NCBI GenBank assembly: GCA_039028615.1
Contig: JBCCHT010000001.1
Location: 192,001 to 256,000, forward strand
DNA from: Myxococcota bacterium
GTDB lineage: Bacteria; Myxococcota_A; Polyangia; Nannocystales; Nannocystaceae
Direction of reading: 5' to 3'
Length of the DNA stretch: 64,000 bases
The notes under the pieces are model-generated. The model had not been told where the DNA came from. It did not search any database and worked only from the letters and a program-made list of their open reading frames with translations. Positions 28,057-37,897 of the stretch are shown piece after piece (the stretch's first letter is position 1; each line of letters opens with the position of its first letter). A program made the position numbers and the translations under genes.

Positions 28057-29544
28057 TCAGAGCGTGCCCGCAACCTCGTCGAGCGTCCGGGCAAACGCGT
28101 CGGCGCTGTCGAAGCGATCGTCGGGCTGCTTGGCGAGGCCGCGCGCCAACAGAGGCTCGAGCCGAGCCGCCCCCACCACGGACGGGGCCACGCTGGTGAG
28201 CAGCGGCGGCGTGGCGCTCACGTGCATCGCCAGCATCGCCCCCGCGTCACCCCCGTCGAAGGGAAGCCGACCGGTGAGCAACTCGAAGAGCATCGTGGCC
28301 ACGGCGTAGAGGTCGGCCCGGCCGTCGACCTCGGCCCCCAGCGCCTGCTCGGGCGCGATATAGGCGGGCGTGCCCATGGCCATGCCCGCCTGGGTCAGCC
28401 GCACCTCTCCGCGATTCGAGACCAGGTCGACGGGCAGCCGCGCAATGCCGAGATCGAAGACCTTGGCGAAGCTCGCATCGTCGCCGTGCTGCACGATGAA
28501 CACGTTCTCGGGCTTCACGTCTCGATGCACGATGCCGCGCTCGTGCAGCGCCCCCAACGCGCACAACACATGACGAATGACATGGATCGCCCGCCGCGAC
28601 TCCATGGCCCCCGCGTCGAGCATGTCGAACAGGTCGGTCCCCTCGAGCTGCTCCATCGCCAGGAACATGCCCCCATCGGTCGTCCGCCCGTGCTCGAACA
28701 GCTCCACCAGGTTGTCGTGCCGCACCGCCTGCATCGCGATGGCCTCGCGTTCGAATCGCTGTCGGAGCCCGGGCTCGCGCGCCCGCTCGGGCGCCAAGAC
28801 CTTGAGGGCCACCACGCGACCCGAGGCCGCGTGCTCGGCCGCGAACACCTCGCCCATGCCTCCGGCTCCCAGAGGCCGCACGATGCGATAGCCGGGGACC
28901 AACGCGTCCGGCGAGGAGAGATTCGCGGTCGCACGCTCCTCCAGCGCCGCCATCGGCAAGACAGCCGCGGTCGTCGGGGCGACGACCGTCTGACGACGCT
29001 GCTCGGTCAGCGCGGCCACGAATCCCTTGCGCGCCGCCGATAACCGCTGCCGAGCGATCCGCAGCGGGATCCCCAGCGTCCGCGCGATGCGATCGACCGG
29101 TTCCCCGTGCAAGTCGGCGAGGATGAGCACGCTGCGTTGCTCGGGAGGCAGAGCCGCGAGCACCTCCCGGACCGCGCCGCCCATCGCCTTGCGTCCCTGG
29201 GCGGCCGTCAGCCGGGCATCCAGCGGAACCCGCTGAAACGCCACGTCTGCCGGGTCACGCTCCCCCGCCAGCTCCTGGGCGAGACCGACGAGCCACTCTT
29301 CGAAGCCCTCGGGATCGGGCAGCTCGTTCAGGCGCCGAGCCGCGCGCACGAACACGTCCTCACACGCCGGCTCGGCCGAGTCCGGATCGGCGAGCAAGCC
29401 CGTCAGCAAGCGATAGACCGGGATCTGGTGGCGTCGAACCAGCTCGCTGTACGCCGTCGCATCCTCGCGATCGCGGTAGGCCGCGATGAGCTGGGCGTCG
29501 TTGACCGTGGTGATCCCGGTCTGCTGAGCGAGGCGGTCGGCCAT
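28057..29544 (-). CDS. ECF sigma-like domain fused to Ser/Thr protein kinase
   Basis: N-term AYSELVRRHQIPVYRL...EDVFVRA...FEEWL and LPPEQRSVLILADLHG...RQRLSAAR; kinase LGAGGMGEV, VALK, HRDVKPEN, DLG, GTPAYIAPE. Confidence 0.85.
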   Translation of the reverse strand: MADRLAQQTGITTVNDAQLIAAYRDREDATAYSELVRRHQIPVYRLLTGLLADPDSAEPACEDVFVRAARRLNELPDPEGFEEWLVGLAQELAGERDPADVAFQRVPLDARLTAAQGRKAMGGAVREVLAALPPEQRSVLILADLHGEPVDRIARTLGIPLRIARQRLSAARKGFVAALTEQRRQTVVAPTTAAVLPMAALEERATANLSSPDALVPGYRIVRPLGAGGMGEVFAAEHAASGRVVALKVLAPERAREPGLRQRFEREAIAMQAVRHDNLVELFEHGRTTDGGMFLAMEQLEGTDLFDMLDAGAMESRRAIHVIRHVLCALGALHERGIVHRDVKPENVFIVQHGDDASFAKVFDLGIARLPVDLVSNRGEVRLTQAGMAMGTPAYIAPEQALGAEVDGRADLYAVATMLFELLTGRLPFDGGDAGAMLAMHVSATPPLLTSVAPSVVGAARLEPLLARGLAKQPDDRFDSADAFARTLDEVAGTL

Positions 29545-29553
29545 GATGGGTGC

Positions 29554-30384
29554 TCAAGCCGTGTCGTCGCGACGAGACATGCCGTCGAGGACGTGCCGCG
29601 CAGGCACGAAGTGCTGGTTGCCCTCGCCATCCCGGACGAGCAGGCCCAGCGGGCAGAAGCGCTCCGCCGTGCCTCGAATCGTCCCCAGGGCGACCTCGTC
29701 CCCCAGCCTCACCAGCCGTCGCAGATAGTAGTTGGCGATGATCTCCTCGGCGGGCTTGCGCATGGACCAGGCGAAGAGGAACGCGATGGTCGCCAGCACG
29801 ACCCCCAGCACCAGGCCGAGGCTCGACGTGACGAAGGAGATGTCGATGCCGAGCAGGTTGACCGCGATGAGTACCGTCAACCCGAGCAGGCCGAGTTCCG
29901 TCGCCGACTCGAGCGTGCTCGCCATCGGGCTGTTCATCTCGTGGAGAACCGCCCCCACCGCTCGCCGAGCGGCCCCCGCGGCATAGGCCCCCACCGCGAA
30001 CACCAGCAGCGCCGACAACACGCTCGGCACGTAGCCCAGCGCCGCCCCCACGACGGAGCCGACCGCCTCCAGCCCCAGCACGTCGGCCGCGGCCATCACC
30101 GTCATCAGCAGCACGGCCAGGTAGACCAGGCTCGCGACCGCCCGCGATGGCGTCAGCCCTTCACTGAACGCGTCGAGGATCCGGGCGAGCCGGGTGCTCC
30201 CGACGGCCGCGTCGAGTCGGGTCATGCCCAGCACCCGAGCGCACACGCTGCGCGCCACCACGGCGGCGAGCCAGCCCACCAGCAACACCACCACGCCGGA
30301 GATCAGCGAGGGCGCGGCCGCGGCCAGCTGCCCCCACATCTGCTGCATCGGCCCCATCACATCGGGCTCTACCCACGCGATCAT
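29554..30384 (-). CDS. CmpX/MscS-type membrane protein
   Basis: Repeated PSLISGVVVLLVGW / VPSVLSALLVFAVG helices; C-term EIIANYYLRRLVRLGDEV. Confidence 0.8.
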   Translation of the reverse strand: MIAWVEPDVMGPMQQMWGQLAAAAPSLISGVVVLLVGWLAAVVARSVCARVLGMTRLDAAVGSTRLARILDAFSEGLTPSRAVASLVYLAVLLMTVMAAADVLGLEAVGSVVGAALGYVPSVLSALLVFAVGAYAAGAARRAVGAVLHEMNSPMASTLESATELGLLGLTVLIAVNLLGIDISFVTSSLGLVLGVVLATIAFLFAWSMRKPAEEIIANYYLRRLVRLGDEVALGTIRGTAERFCPLGLLVRDGEGNQHFVPARHVLDGMSRRDDTA

Positions 30385-30590
30385 CGGTCGTCTCCTTCTG
30401 CCAACGACGAATCCTCGGAGCGCACCCAGTGCCACGGCGACACCAGCAGCAGCCGCGCCATCTCGGCCACCGTCGTTCGCAGCACGACCCGAGACTCCAC
30501 GCGAGACGCCAGCTCGGCCGAGGGGCGAGCCTCGAACGTCATCGCCAACAAGGCGGCGATATCGATCTCCGGCTCCTCGTCGTCGGTCAC
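30381..30590 (-). CDS. Small hypothetical protein, first gene of the CmpX-ECF/kinase operon
   Basis: 69-aa ORF with ATGA overlap to the next gene. Confidence 0.5.
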   Translation of the reverse strand: MTDDEEPEIDIAALLAMTFEARPSAELASRVESRVVLRTTVAEMARLLLVSPWHWVRSEDSSLAEGDDR

Positions 30591-30749
30591 GGCCCTACGC
30601 CCGTGCAAGACGCAGGCCGCCCGACGAGTGCAACGAGACTCCCGGGTCGAGCGCCTCCCGGGCCCATGTCAGCGGGGCGTTTAGGGCCGACGTAGCACTG
30701 TGCCCCGGCAAGGTGCCCCGCTGCCATCCGCCCCGGGTCGGTCTGCGCC

Positions 30750-32498
30750 TCAGACCGGCATGAGCGCGGGGTCGCGGCCGATGCCCCAGTCTCGATTGTC
30801 CATCTGGAGGTCCCACAAGTGCCGATAGAGACCCTCGTGCCGGAGCAGAGCACCGTGCGTGCCCTGTTCGACGATCTGTCCCCGATCGAGCACCAGGATC
30901 TGGTCCGCGTGCTGGATCGTCCACAGCCGATGCGCCACCACGATGACCGTGCGCCCCTCCATCAGCGCGCCGATCGCCTCTTGGATCTGTCGCTCCTCGT
31001 CGAGGTCGACGCTGGCGGTGGCCTCGTCGAGGATCAGAACGGGCGCGTCTTTGATGAGCGCGCGTGCGATGGAGATCCGCTGACGCTGCCCGCCGGACAG
31101 GTTGCGGCCCCCGGGGTCGAGCACGGTGTCGTAGCCCTCGGGGAGCGCCTCGATGAATCCATGGGCCCGCGCGGCTCGAGCGGCCGCCTCGACCTGTTGC
31201 CGGGTCGCGTCGGGTCGACCCAGGCGGATGTTCTCGAGCACGGTGTCGGCAAAGAGCACGACGTCCTGAAACACGGTCGCGGTATTGGCATGCACCGTCT
31301 CCAGCGGCAGCGCCCGCAGATCGACCCCGTCGAGGGTGACGCGGCCTTCGTCGACGTCCCACAGCCGCGTCAGCAGGTGAGCGAGCGTGCTCTTTCCCGA
31401 GCCGGAGGGGCCGACCAATGCCGTCACCGTGCCCCGCTCGAAGGTCGCATTCACCCCGCGTAGCGTGGGCTGGTCTTCGTAAGCGAACGACATGCCCTCG
31501 ACCTCGATCGTCGGATGATCTGCGCGAACCGTCCCTTGGCCTTCGGGTTGTTCGGGGACCTCGAACAGCTCCCGCATCCGCTCCAGGGTCCGCGCGGCAT
31601 GCCGCGACATCGCCAGGTAGACCACCAGATCGGAGAGCGTCCGCACGAAGTGCAGCGCCACCACGGTGACCACGAAAAACCGCGCCGCGGGCAGGCTCTC
31701 GGCGCTCAGCCACATCGAGCCGACGCCGAACACGGCAACGAAGCCGCTGAAGACGACCAGGGAGTAGGTGAAGATGGCCGGTGCCGGCAGCAGCTCGGCG
31801 CGCATCATCTGCTCTTCGAGGGTCACGAGACGTGCCTCGATGCGACGTCGGTAGTCGGCATCGGCGTCGAGGGCCCGCAGCGACTCGATGCCCTGCACGT
31901 ACTCGACCATGAGGTCGACCGCCGCCTGCTTTTCCACCCGGGCCCCGTCTGCCGCCCGATTGATGAGCCGAAAGCTCCACGGGATCGCGAGCAGAGCCAA
32001 TGGCACGGGCGCCAGCGCGATCAGGCCGAGCCTCCAGTCCGACAGCAGCAGCACGATGCCGATGGCCCCCGGCAGCGCGACGTTGGCCACGATCAGGCTC
32101 CAGGCGTGGGTCACGATCTCGGTGTAGAGCGAGAACTCGTCCGTCAGCACGCTCGCCGTGCTCCCCATGCGGCGCTTGGACCAAAAGCCCATCGGCAGCC
32201 GGCGCAGGTGCTCGGTCAGCCGGAGCCGGGTCTCGCACACCAGGTCATAGGTCGCGCTGAAGTTCAGCCGGCCACCGACGTACTTCAGGCCGAACGCGGC
32301 GACGAGCAGGACGAGCATCGAGCCGACGATCATCCCGAGCGACAGCGGCGAGTCCTGCCCCGCCAGCAGCCGATCGACCACGAAGAAGGCGACCAGCAGC
32401 GGTCCCGCCTCGGCGATGGCCCCCGCGGAAGCGAGCACGAAGCCGGTCTTCAGGCGGGGTTCGGACTTGCCGGCCAGGTCGAAGCCCAGATCCATCAT
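30750..32498 (-). CDS. ABC transporter permease/ATPase (YbtQ/IrtB-like)
   Basis: TMD; GPSGSGKST, LSGGQRQR, LILDEATAS, VAHRL. Confidence 0.92.
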   Translation of the reverse strand: MMDLGFDLAGKSEPRLKTGFVLASAGAIAEAGPLLVAFFVVDRLLAGQDSPLSLGMIVGSMLVLLVAAFGLKYVGGRLNFSATYDLVCETRLRLTEHLRRLPMGFWSKRRMGSTASVLTDEFSLYTEIVTHAWSLIVANVALPGAIGIVLLLSDWRLGLIALAPVPLALLAIPWSFRLINRAADGARVEKQAAVDLMVEYVQGIESLRALDADADYRRRIEARLVTLEEQMMRAELLPAPAIFTYSLVVFSGFVAVFGVGSMWLSAESLPAARFFVVTVVALHFVRTLSDLVVYLAMSRHAARTLERMRELFEVPEQPEGQGTVRADHPTIEVEGMSFAYEDQPTLRGVNATFERGTVTALVGPSGSGKSTLAHLLTRLWDVDEGRVTLDGVDLRALPLETVHANTATVFQDVVLFADTVLENIRLGRPDATRQQVEAAARAARAHGFIEALPEGYDTVLDPGGRNLSGGQRQRISIARALIKDAPVLILDEATASVDLDEERQIQEAIGALMEGRTVIVVAHRLWTIQHADQILVLDRGQIVEQGTHGALLRHEGLYRHLWDLQMDNRDWGIGRDPALMPV

Positions 32499-34246
32499 GA
32501 TGCATTCTCCCGTCGTTCGGCCTTCGCTCCACCGAGGGTCCAGCCCGCGGCGGCTTCTTGTGCGTCCCACATGCGGCGATAGACCGAGCAACGGTCCAGC
32601 AGGGCCTGATGAGAGCCGCGATCCACCACGCGGCCGCCGTCGAGCACCACGATGAGCTGCGCCTGCATGATCGCTCGGAGTCGATGGGCCACCACGATCA
32701 AGGTTCGGCCCCGGGCCAGCGCATCGATGCCACGCTGCACGGCACGCTCGTTGTCCGGGTCGAGATGCGACGTCACCTCGTCGAGCACGACGATCGGGGT
32801 CTCACGGAGCAACGCGCGAGCGACCGTCACCCGCTGGGCCTCGCCCCCGCTGAGGTGCGCCCCTCGTTCCCCCACCGGGGAATCCCAGCCCTCGGGGAGC
32901 CGCTCGATCAACTCGTCCAGGCCCGCCGCCGTCGCCGCTGCGGCGAGCGCGTCATCGCTGGCGTCGGGCCGTGCGAGGAGCAGGTTGTCGCGGAGCGTGC
33001 CGAAAAACAGCTGCGCGTGCTGGCCCACCAGCCCCACGCTCCCGAGCACCGAGCCCCGAGCGTCGCCATCGGTCAGCACGACCTCACCGACATCGGGCTC
33101 TCGCGCCCCCGCCAGCAGCTGCGCGAGCGTGCTCTTGCCCGCCCCGGAGGGGCCCACCAGGGCCACCCGCTGACCCGCCTCGATGCGCAACGACACGTCT
33201 CGGAGCGCAGGGCCTCGAGCCTCGTCATAGAAGAAGGTCACCTCGCGCACCTCGATCCCCGCCGGACCCGAAGAGCGGACCACGGCGGGCTCGCGGGGCT
33301 GCTCTTCCGCGCCGAGGATCGCCCCGATCCTGCGCAGCCGCACCGCGTTCATCTGGATGTCGCCGAACAGGAACATCAGCCGAAGCAGAGGCGCCGTGAG
33401 CCCGTAGCCCAGCGCGAGAAACAGAGCCAAGATGGGCTCGTCGATCTCACCGGCCTGGAACAGCGCCACGCCCACGGGCAACACCACGACCAAGTTGCTG
33501 CTCAGCAGGAGCATGAAGCCGGTATACGCGGGGCCGGAGCGCTCGTTCATCGCGTCGGCGAAGTCCCGTACGCCGAACACCCCCTGCCGTACCCGCGCCA
33601 TCTCGGTCGCGTCGCGGCCATAGGCCTTGAGCACGACGATGCCGCGCAACAGCTCGAGCACCACCTCGTTGGCCCGGCGTTCGGCGTCATGCCATTGCTT
33701 CATGAGGCCGTCGAAGTTCCGCATGGCCACCGCCATGGCCACAAAGCCGACGGGCACCAGGGACAGGCTCACCAGCGCCAACCTCCAGTCCACGGCCAGG
33801 AGCACGCCGAACGCCAGCAACGGGGTCACGATTCCCGAGGCGCCGTCCGGCACGTGGTGCGCGAACGAGGCCTCCACCGCGTCCACGTCTTCGACCATTG
33901 CCTTCTTGAGATCGCCAGGGGAGTGCGTGTCGAAGAACGAGCGCGGGACCGTCCCGAGCTTCAGAGCCATCCGACTCCGCAGCTGTCGCAACACGCGAAA
34001 CGCGACGGCGTGCGACACGACCAACGATCCGCCGAAGAGCACGAAACGCACCAAGACGAGCCCGAAGACCACCGCCGCGATGAGCGGCACCGACCACCTT
34101 GCGTCGGAGGGCCCGTACACCGACCGTGCTGCGAAGTAGATGCCGGCGGCCGGGGCCAGCTCGAGGGACGCCGCCACGATGGCGAGCACGGCCGACAGCG
34201 CCAGCCGAGGGCGATGCGGACGAACGAGCTGGCCCACCGTCGTCAT
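32495..34246 (-). CDS. ABC transporter permease/ATPase (YbtP/IrtA-like)
   Basis: SHAVAFRVLRQLR...EASFAHHVPD; GPSGAGKST, LSGGEAQR, LDEVTS. Confidence 0.92.
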   Translation of the reverse strand: MTTVGQLVRPHRPRLALSAVLAIVAASLELAPAAGIYFAARSVYGPSDARWSVPLIAAVVFGLVLVRFVLFGGSLVVSHAVAFRVLRQLRSRMALKLGTVPRSFFDTHSPGDLKKAMVEDVDAVEASFAHHVPDGASGIVTPLLAFGVLLAVDWRLALVSLSLVPVGFVAMAVAMRNFDGLMKQWHDAERRANEVVLELLRGIVVLKAYGRDATEMARVRQGVFGVRDFADAMNERSGPAYTGFMLLLSSNLVVVLPVGVALFQAGEIDEPILALFLALGYGLTAPLLRLMFLFGDIQMNAVRLRRIGAILGAEEQPREPAVVRSSGPAGIEVREVTFFYDEARGPALRDVSLRIEAGQRVALVGPSGAGKSTLAQLLAGAREPDVGEVVLTDGDARGSVLGSVGLVGQHAQLFFGTLRDNLLLARPDASDDALAAAATAAGLDELIERLPEGWDSPVGERGAHLSGGEAQRVTVARALLRETPIVVLDEVTSHLDPDNERAVQRGIDALARGRTLIVVAHRLRAIMQAQLIVVLDGGRVVDRGSHQALLDRCSVYRRMWDAQEAAAGWTLGGAKAERRENAS

Positions 34247-35064
34247 TGGTCGTCCCCGGACCCAAACCGGACGTAGGTAATCAGGGGGGCGAAATTGCGG
34301 AGCCGCTGGATGTTGCCCAGCAACGCGATGAGCCACCGGTTGACACCCCGCGGCATCTCGTAGAGCACCGACCGCACCTCCACGATGTCGGGTACCCAGC
34401 CCCGCAACGTCGGCTCCAGGTCGGTCTCACGAATCCCCCAGGGCATGCGCGGCGTCGTGTAGTGCTTGGTCTTCTTGAAGCCCGCCTCCGACATGGTCTT
34501 GTTCGACAACCACGGGGGAATGCTGTCGAACATCAGCCGAACACCGGGGAAGCGCTCCGCCAGCTTGCGCATGAGCGCCTCGACATCACGCTCCTCGAAA
34601 TACATCAGCAACCCCTGCGCCGTGACGAAGACCTCGCGTCCCGGGGGCACCTCGTCCATCCAGTCGAAGTCCAGCGCCGAACGGGCGACGTGCAGGTGCC
34701 GATCGTCCGGTTCGATGAAGCGCTCGCGAATCGCGATGGCGTCGGGCAGATCCACGCTGAGCCACAGCGACTGCTCGTCTTCGATGCGAAAGCGCTGGGT
34801 CTCGAGCCCCTCGCCGAGGTTGACGACGACCCCGTCGGGGTTTTCCTCGAGGAACGCCCTCACCTCGGCATCGAACGTGGACGAGCGCACCGCGTGGGAG
34901 GGCTCCGATTTGCCGAACGAACGCTCGTAGTCGTAGTCGATGGCGCGATAGATGCGCACCGCCTCGTCATCGCGGAGCATCGCATCGCCGCGCATCGCTT
35001 CGCCGGCGCGGTTGTGCAACGTCCACAGCATCGTCTCCGGGACCTCGGTGAGCTCGGGCTTCAT
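34243..35064 (-). CDS. Class I SAM-dependent methyltransferase (TcmP/leucine carboxyl methyltransferase-like)
   Basis: VPETMLWTLHNRA, VVNLGEGLETQ, SVDLPD, AQGLLMYF. Confidence 0.9.
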   Translation of the reverse strand: MKPELTEVPETMLWTLHNRAGEAMRGDAMLRDDEAVRIYRAIDYDYERSFGKSEPSHAVRSSTFDAEVRAFLEENPDGVVVNLGEGLETQRFRIEDEQSLWLSVDLPDAIAIRERFIEPDDRHLHVARSALDFDWMDEVPPGREVFVTAQGLLMYFEERDVEALMRKLAERFPGVRLMFDSIPPWLSNKTMSEAGFKKTKHYTTPRMPWGIRETDLEPTLRGWVPDIVEVRSVLYEMPRGVNRWLIALLGNIQRLRNFAPLITYVRFGSGDDQ

Positions 35065-35086
35065 CGCTTTTTCCTCGTCGAAAATA

Positions 35087-35103
35087 TTGAACTTGATATT
35101 CAA
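35087..35103. promoter_or_regulatory. Fur-box-like palindrome upstream of the methyltransferase-ABC operon
   Basis: TTGAACTTGATATTCAA (TTGAA-N7-TTCAA), 22 nt from the ATG at 35064, inside an AT-rich divergent promoter with minus-strand TTGACA at 35125-35130. Confidence 0.55.
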
Positions 35104-35205
35104 CTTCGTTGATAGAATGATAAATGTCAACCATTGATTTTCGACGAATCGCATCGCGGTTCCGGGCTTCGCTCTTGGCGCCCGGCTGAGCGACCATCGG
35201 GCCCC

Positions 35206-35895
35206 GTGGTCTCCCCCGAAGCTCGCGCCACCTGTGACCGCATCCTCGACGCAGCTCAGGCCTGTTTCGCGGAGCGGGGCTACGCGGGCACATCATTGCG
35301 CTGGGTCGCCGATAACGCCGGCGTGACTCAGCCGCTGGTCTCGCACTACTTCGGGTCGAAGGAGCGACTCTTCGAGGCCGTGATGGAGCGTGCGATCGCG
35401 GACTACCAGGTCACGCAGGCGGAGCAGTTTTCGCGAGAGCTGACCGATCCCGACTTCTTCATCGTCGGGCTGCTGGTTCTGTTTCGCTGGCTCCAAGACC
35501 AGCGCGAGTTCATGCGCCTGGTTCAGTGGGCACGCCTCGAGGGCCGAATGCCCGCGCTGGAATCGGGGGTGAGCATCTGGAACCGCGTGCGCCAGCACGC
35601 CACGGCGCTCATCGAGGCAGGCACTCTGCGTCGAGACCTCGATGGCGAAGCGGCGATCCTGTTCATCGACGCGCTCATGAAAGGCTACTGGGACCGCCGA
35701 GACAGCTATCTAGAGCAGCTTCCGGTCATCGCGGGCGACGACCTGTCTCGCTTCGAACGCCAGGTCGAGCACACCTTCCTCCTCGCCTTGGTTCGCGCCT
35801 TCTTTGCGCCCGAGCATCAGGTCTCGGCGGAGGCCCGGCTGCACGAGGTGCTCGAGGCTACCCCGCGCGCCACCACCGACGGGACCGACGGATGA
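35206..35895 (+). CDS. TetR/AcrR family regulator
   Basis: RILDAAQACFAERGYAGTSLRWVADNAGVTQPLVSHYFGSKERLF; divergent from the ABC operon. Confidence 0.92.
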   Translation: MVSPEARATCDRILDAAQACFAERGYAGTSLRWVADNAGVTQPLVSHYFGSKERLFEAVMERAIADYQVTQAEQFSRELTDPDFFIVGLLVLFRWLQDQREFMRLVQWARLEGRMPALESGVSIWNRVRQHATALIEAGTLRRDLDGEAAILFIDALMKGYWDRRDSYLEQLPVIAGDDLSRFERQVEHTFLLALVRAFFAPEHQVSAEARLHEVLEATPRATTDGTDG

Positions 35896-36271
35896 GCTGA
35901 CCGTTGGCCAGCAGGACCGCCCCCAGCAGCACGATCTGAGCGTAGCCGAGCACGTCGTCCGCCGCCATCGCGGTGGTGACCAGGTGCATGGCGTTGGCCA
36001 CTGCGAAGAGCAACGACATTCCGAAGATGGCCATCCTCCCCTTGCGATCGAGGTCGCTGGTGCAGGCCACCGCCATCAGCAACGGCACGACATAGAAGAC
36101 GGTCTTGATGACGAAGTTCGACCACGGGACCTGCCCCGTCGCCCCCGGCTGCTCGAGCGGGACCCCGTACCGCAACCCGCTCACCCCATAGTTGAAGTGC
36201 AGCACCATGCCCACGACGAGCACCAACCACAGCAGCGCAACGTCGTAGCCATGAATCTTCGTGTCGGTCAT
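35858..36271 (-). CDS. Small four-TM membrane protein
   Basis: Four hydrophobic segments with intramembrane His (MVLHF, NAMHL); Fur-like box upstream. Confidence 0.7.
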   Translation of the reverse strand: MTDTKIHGYDVALLWLVLVVGMVLHFNYGVSGLRYGVPLEQPGATGQVPWSNFVIKTVFYVVPLLMAVACTSDLDRKGRMAIFGMSLLFAVANAMHLVTTAMAADDVLGYAQIVLLGAVLLANGQLIRRSRRWWRAG

Positions 36272-36290
36272 GGGTCCGACCCTAGCACCT

Positions 36291-36311
36291 AATTGAAAAC
36301 AATTTTCAATT
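36291..36311. promoter_or_regulatory. Fur box (deltaproteobacterial type)
   Basis: AATTGAAAACAATTTTCAATT near-perfect palindrome; the 17-mer has one mismatch to WTGAAAATNATTTTCAW. Confidence 0.75.
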
Positions 36312-36376
36312 AAACTCGAGACGGTTCAGGCTCGCTCCGGCGGCGCTTCCTGAGCCGCGCGTGCTAGCGTTTCGCC

Positions 36377-37897
36377 GTGGGCACGACCCGATCACGCGAG
36401 CCCGATCCGGCGCGGCCCCACGCCACCAGCCGCCCGTCGCGGAGCGCCTACTTCGTCGTCAACCCGTTCGTGAGCCACATCCGACGCAACTTTGCGTCGG
36501 CCATCGACTTCGCGCTCGAGCGCTTCAAGGAGCACCGGGTGATGGCGATCGGCGAGCAGCATGCGTCGCTCTTCGTCGCCCCCACCGCCGAGAACGGGTG
36601 CGTACGCATGTTCCTGCGCGACCTCGTGCGCGCGCTCCATGCCGATGCCGACTGTCGGCTGCGCTATCTGGTGGTCGAGTTCGACGAGGAGGCCATGCGG
36701 GCTGCCCAAGGGCCATGGGAGCAGATGGAGGTTCCGCCCGGCACCGTCAATCCCAAGGCGCATTGGTTCGCGTCCTACTTGGTGTCCTCCACCGCGTTGC
36801 GAGAGGTCTTCGTCGCCATCGCCCGCGAGATTCCCAGCAGCGAGCTCGAAGTGGTCGGCATCGATCATCGGGTCGGCCCGCTGGCGATGGACGCCGCGGA
36901 GGAGTGGATCTTCGCCGAGGACCTCGAACGGGGCGAGACCGAGACCCCGGCCGAGTTCAGCGCCCGCCGTCTGCGAGTCACGGCCGAGCGCGGCGAGCAG
37001 CTCCGGGTGGCGACCAACGAGCGTGAGGAGGTCGCGACCCGGCGCTTCGAAGAGCGGGTCCTCGGTCCCCTCGGCGACGACCGAGCCCTCGTCTACTACG
37101 GGTCCGATCACCTCCGCGAGGGACGACCGGCGGCCACCGACGTGGGCTTCACCGAGCACACCTTCGTGCGCCGCCTGATCCGTCGCGACAACGGGCTGTC
37201 GGCCGATGACATCTATGCGGTCGCCACCCTGTACCCCGGGTCCATGCGACGGAACGTGTCGCTCGACGGCCCCGACAACGTGCTGTACGGGCGCCGCGGC
37301 AACGAGCCTCAGATCGCGCTGGCACGGGCCTTCGACGTGCTCCGGGCCGAGTTTCCCGACGCACCCAACCTCGGCTTCGACGTAGACGAGGCCCGCTTCG
37401 CCCTGCTGCCCATCGACCGCGACACCGAATACGCGCTCGGCGAGCGCTTCGACGGCTGCTTCTATTTTCGCGACCTCAACCGCTGGGACGGCCACACCGC
37501 GCCTCCAGACGAGGCGGAAGCCTCACCAGCGTCCCCGCCGCTTTCGATCACCAGCACCATCCCCAGCCTCAGCTGGCCGGGCAATACGATCTTCGTCTAT
37601 GGCTACGTGCTCACCGAAGACACCGAGGTCCTGGTCGAAGTCCCGTCGCCTGGGGGGCGGCCAGCCGAGCAGTTCCCCTGCACGGACGTCGTGTTCGTCA
37701 ACGAGAACCTGATTCAAGCCACGGTGCCGTTCCCGGGCCGCCTGCGACCCAACGGGACGAGCGTGAACGTCATCGTGCGGCGGCCCTTCCGCCTCGGGCT
37801 CTTCGGAGAGTCGAGTGAAAGCGGGAGCGGGAGCGGGGGCGCGCAGAGCTACGAGTCCGCGAAACTACTCGGTGCGTTCCGCTATCGGTTCGGATGA
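36377..37897 (+). CDS. EreA/ChaN/TIKI-superfamily-like domain plus C-terminal IPT/TIG domain; candidate T6SS cargo
   Basis: AIGEQH, YLVVEFD, VVGID, VYYGSDH, FDGCFYF; C-term ITSTIPSLSWPGNTIFVYG...VNENLIQATVP; no signal peptide. Confidence 0.55.
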   Translation: MGTTRSREPDPARPHATSRPSRSAYFVVNPFVSHIRRNFASAIDFALERFKEHRVMAIGEQHASLFVAPTAENGCVRMFLRDLVRALHADADCRLRYLVVEFDEEAMRAAQGPWEQMEVPPGTVNPKAHWFASYLVSSTALREVFVAIAREIPSSELEVVGIDHRVGPLAMDAAEEWIFAEDLERGETETPAEFSARRLRVTAERGEQLRVATNEREEVATRRFEERVLGPLGDDRALVYYGSDHLREGRPAATDVGFTEHTFVRRLIRRDNGLSADDIYAVATLYPGSMRRNVSLDGPDNVLYGRRGNEPQIALARAFDVLRAEFPDAPNLGFDVDEARFALLPIDRDTEYALGERFDGCFYFRDLNRWDGHTAPPDEAEASPASPPLSITSTIPSLSWPGNTIFVYGYVLTEDTEVLVEVPSPGGRPAEQFPCTDVVFVNENLIQATVPFPGRLRPNGTSVNVIVRRPFRLGLFGESSESGSGSGGAQSYESAKLLGAFRYRFG

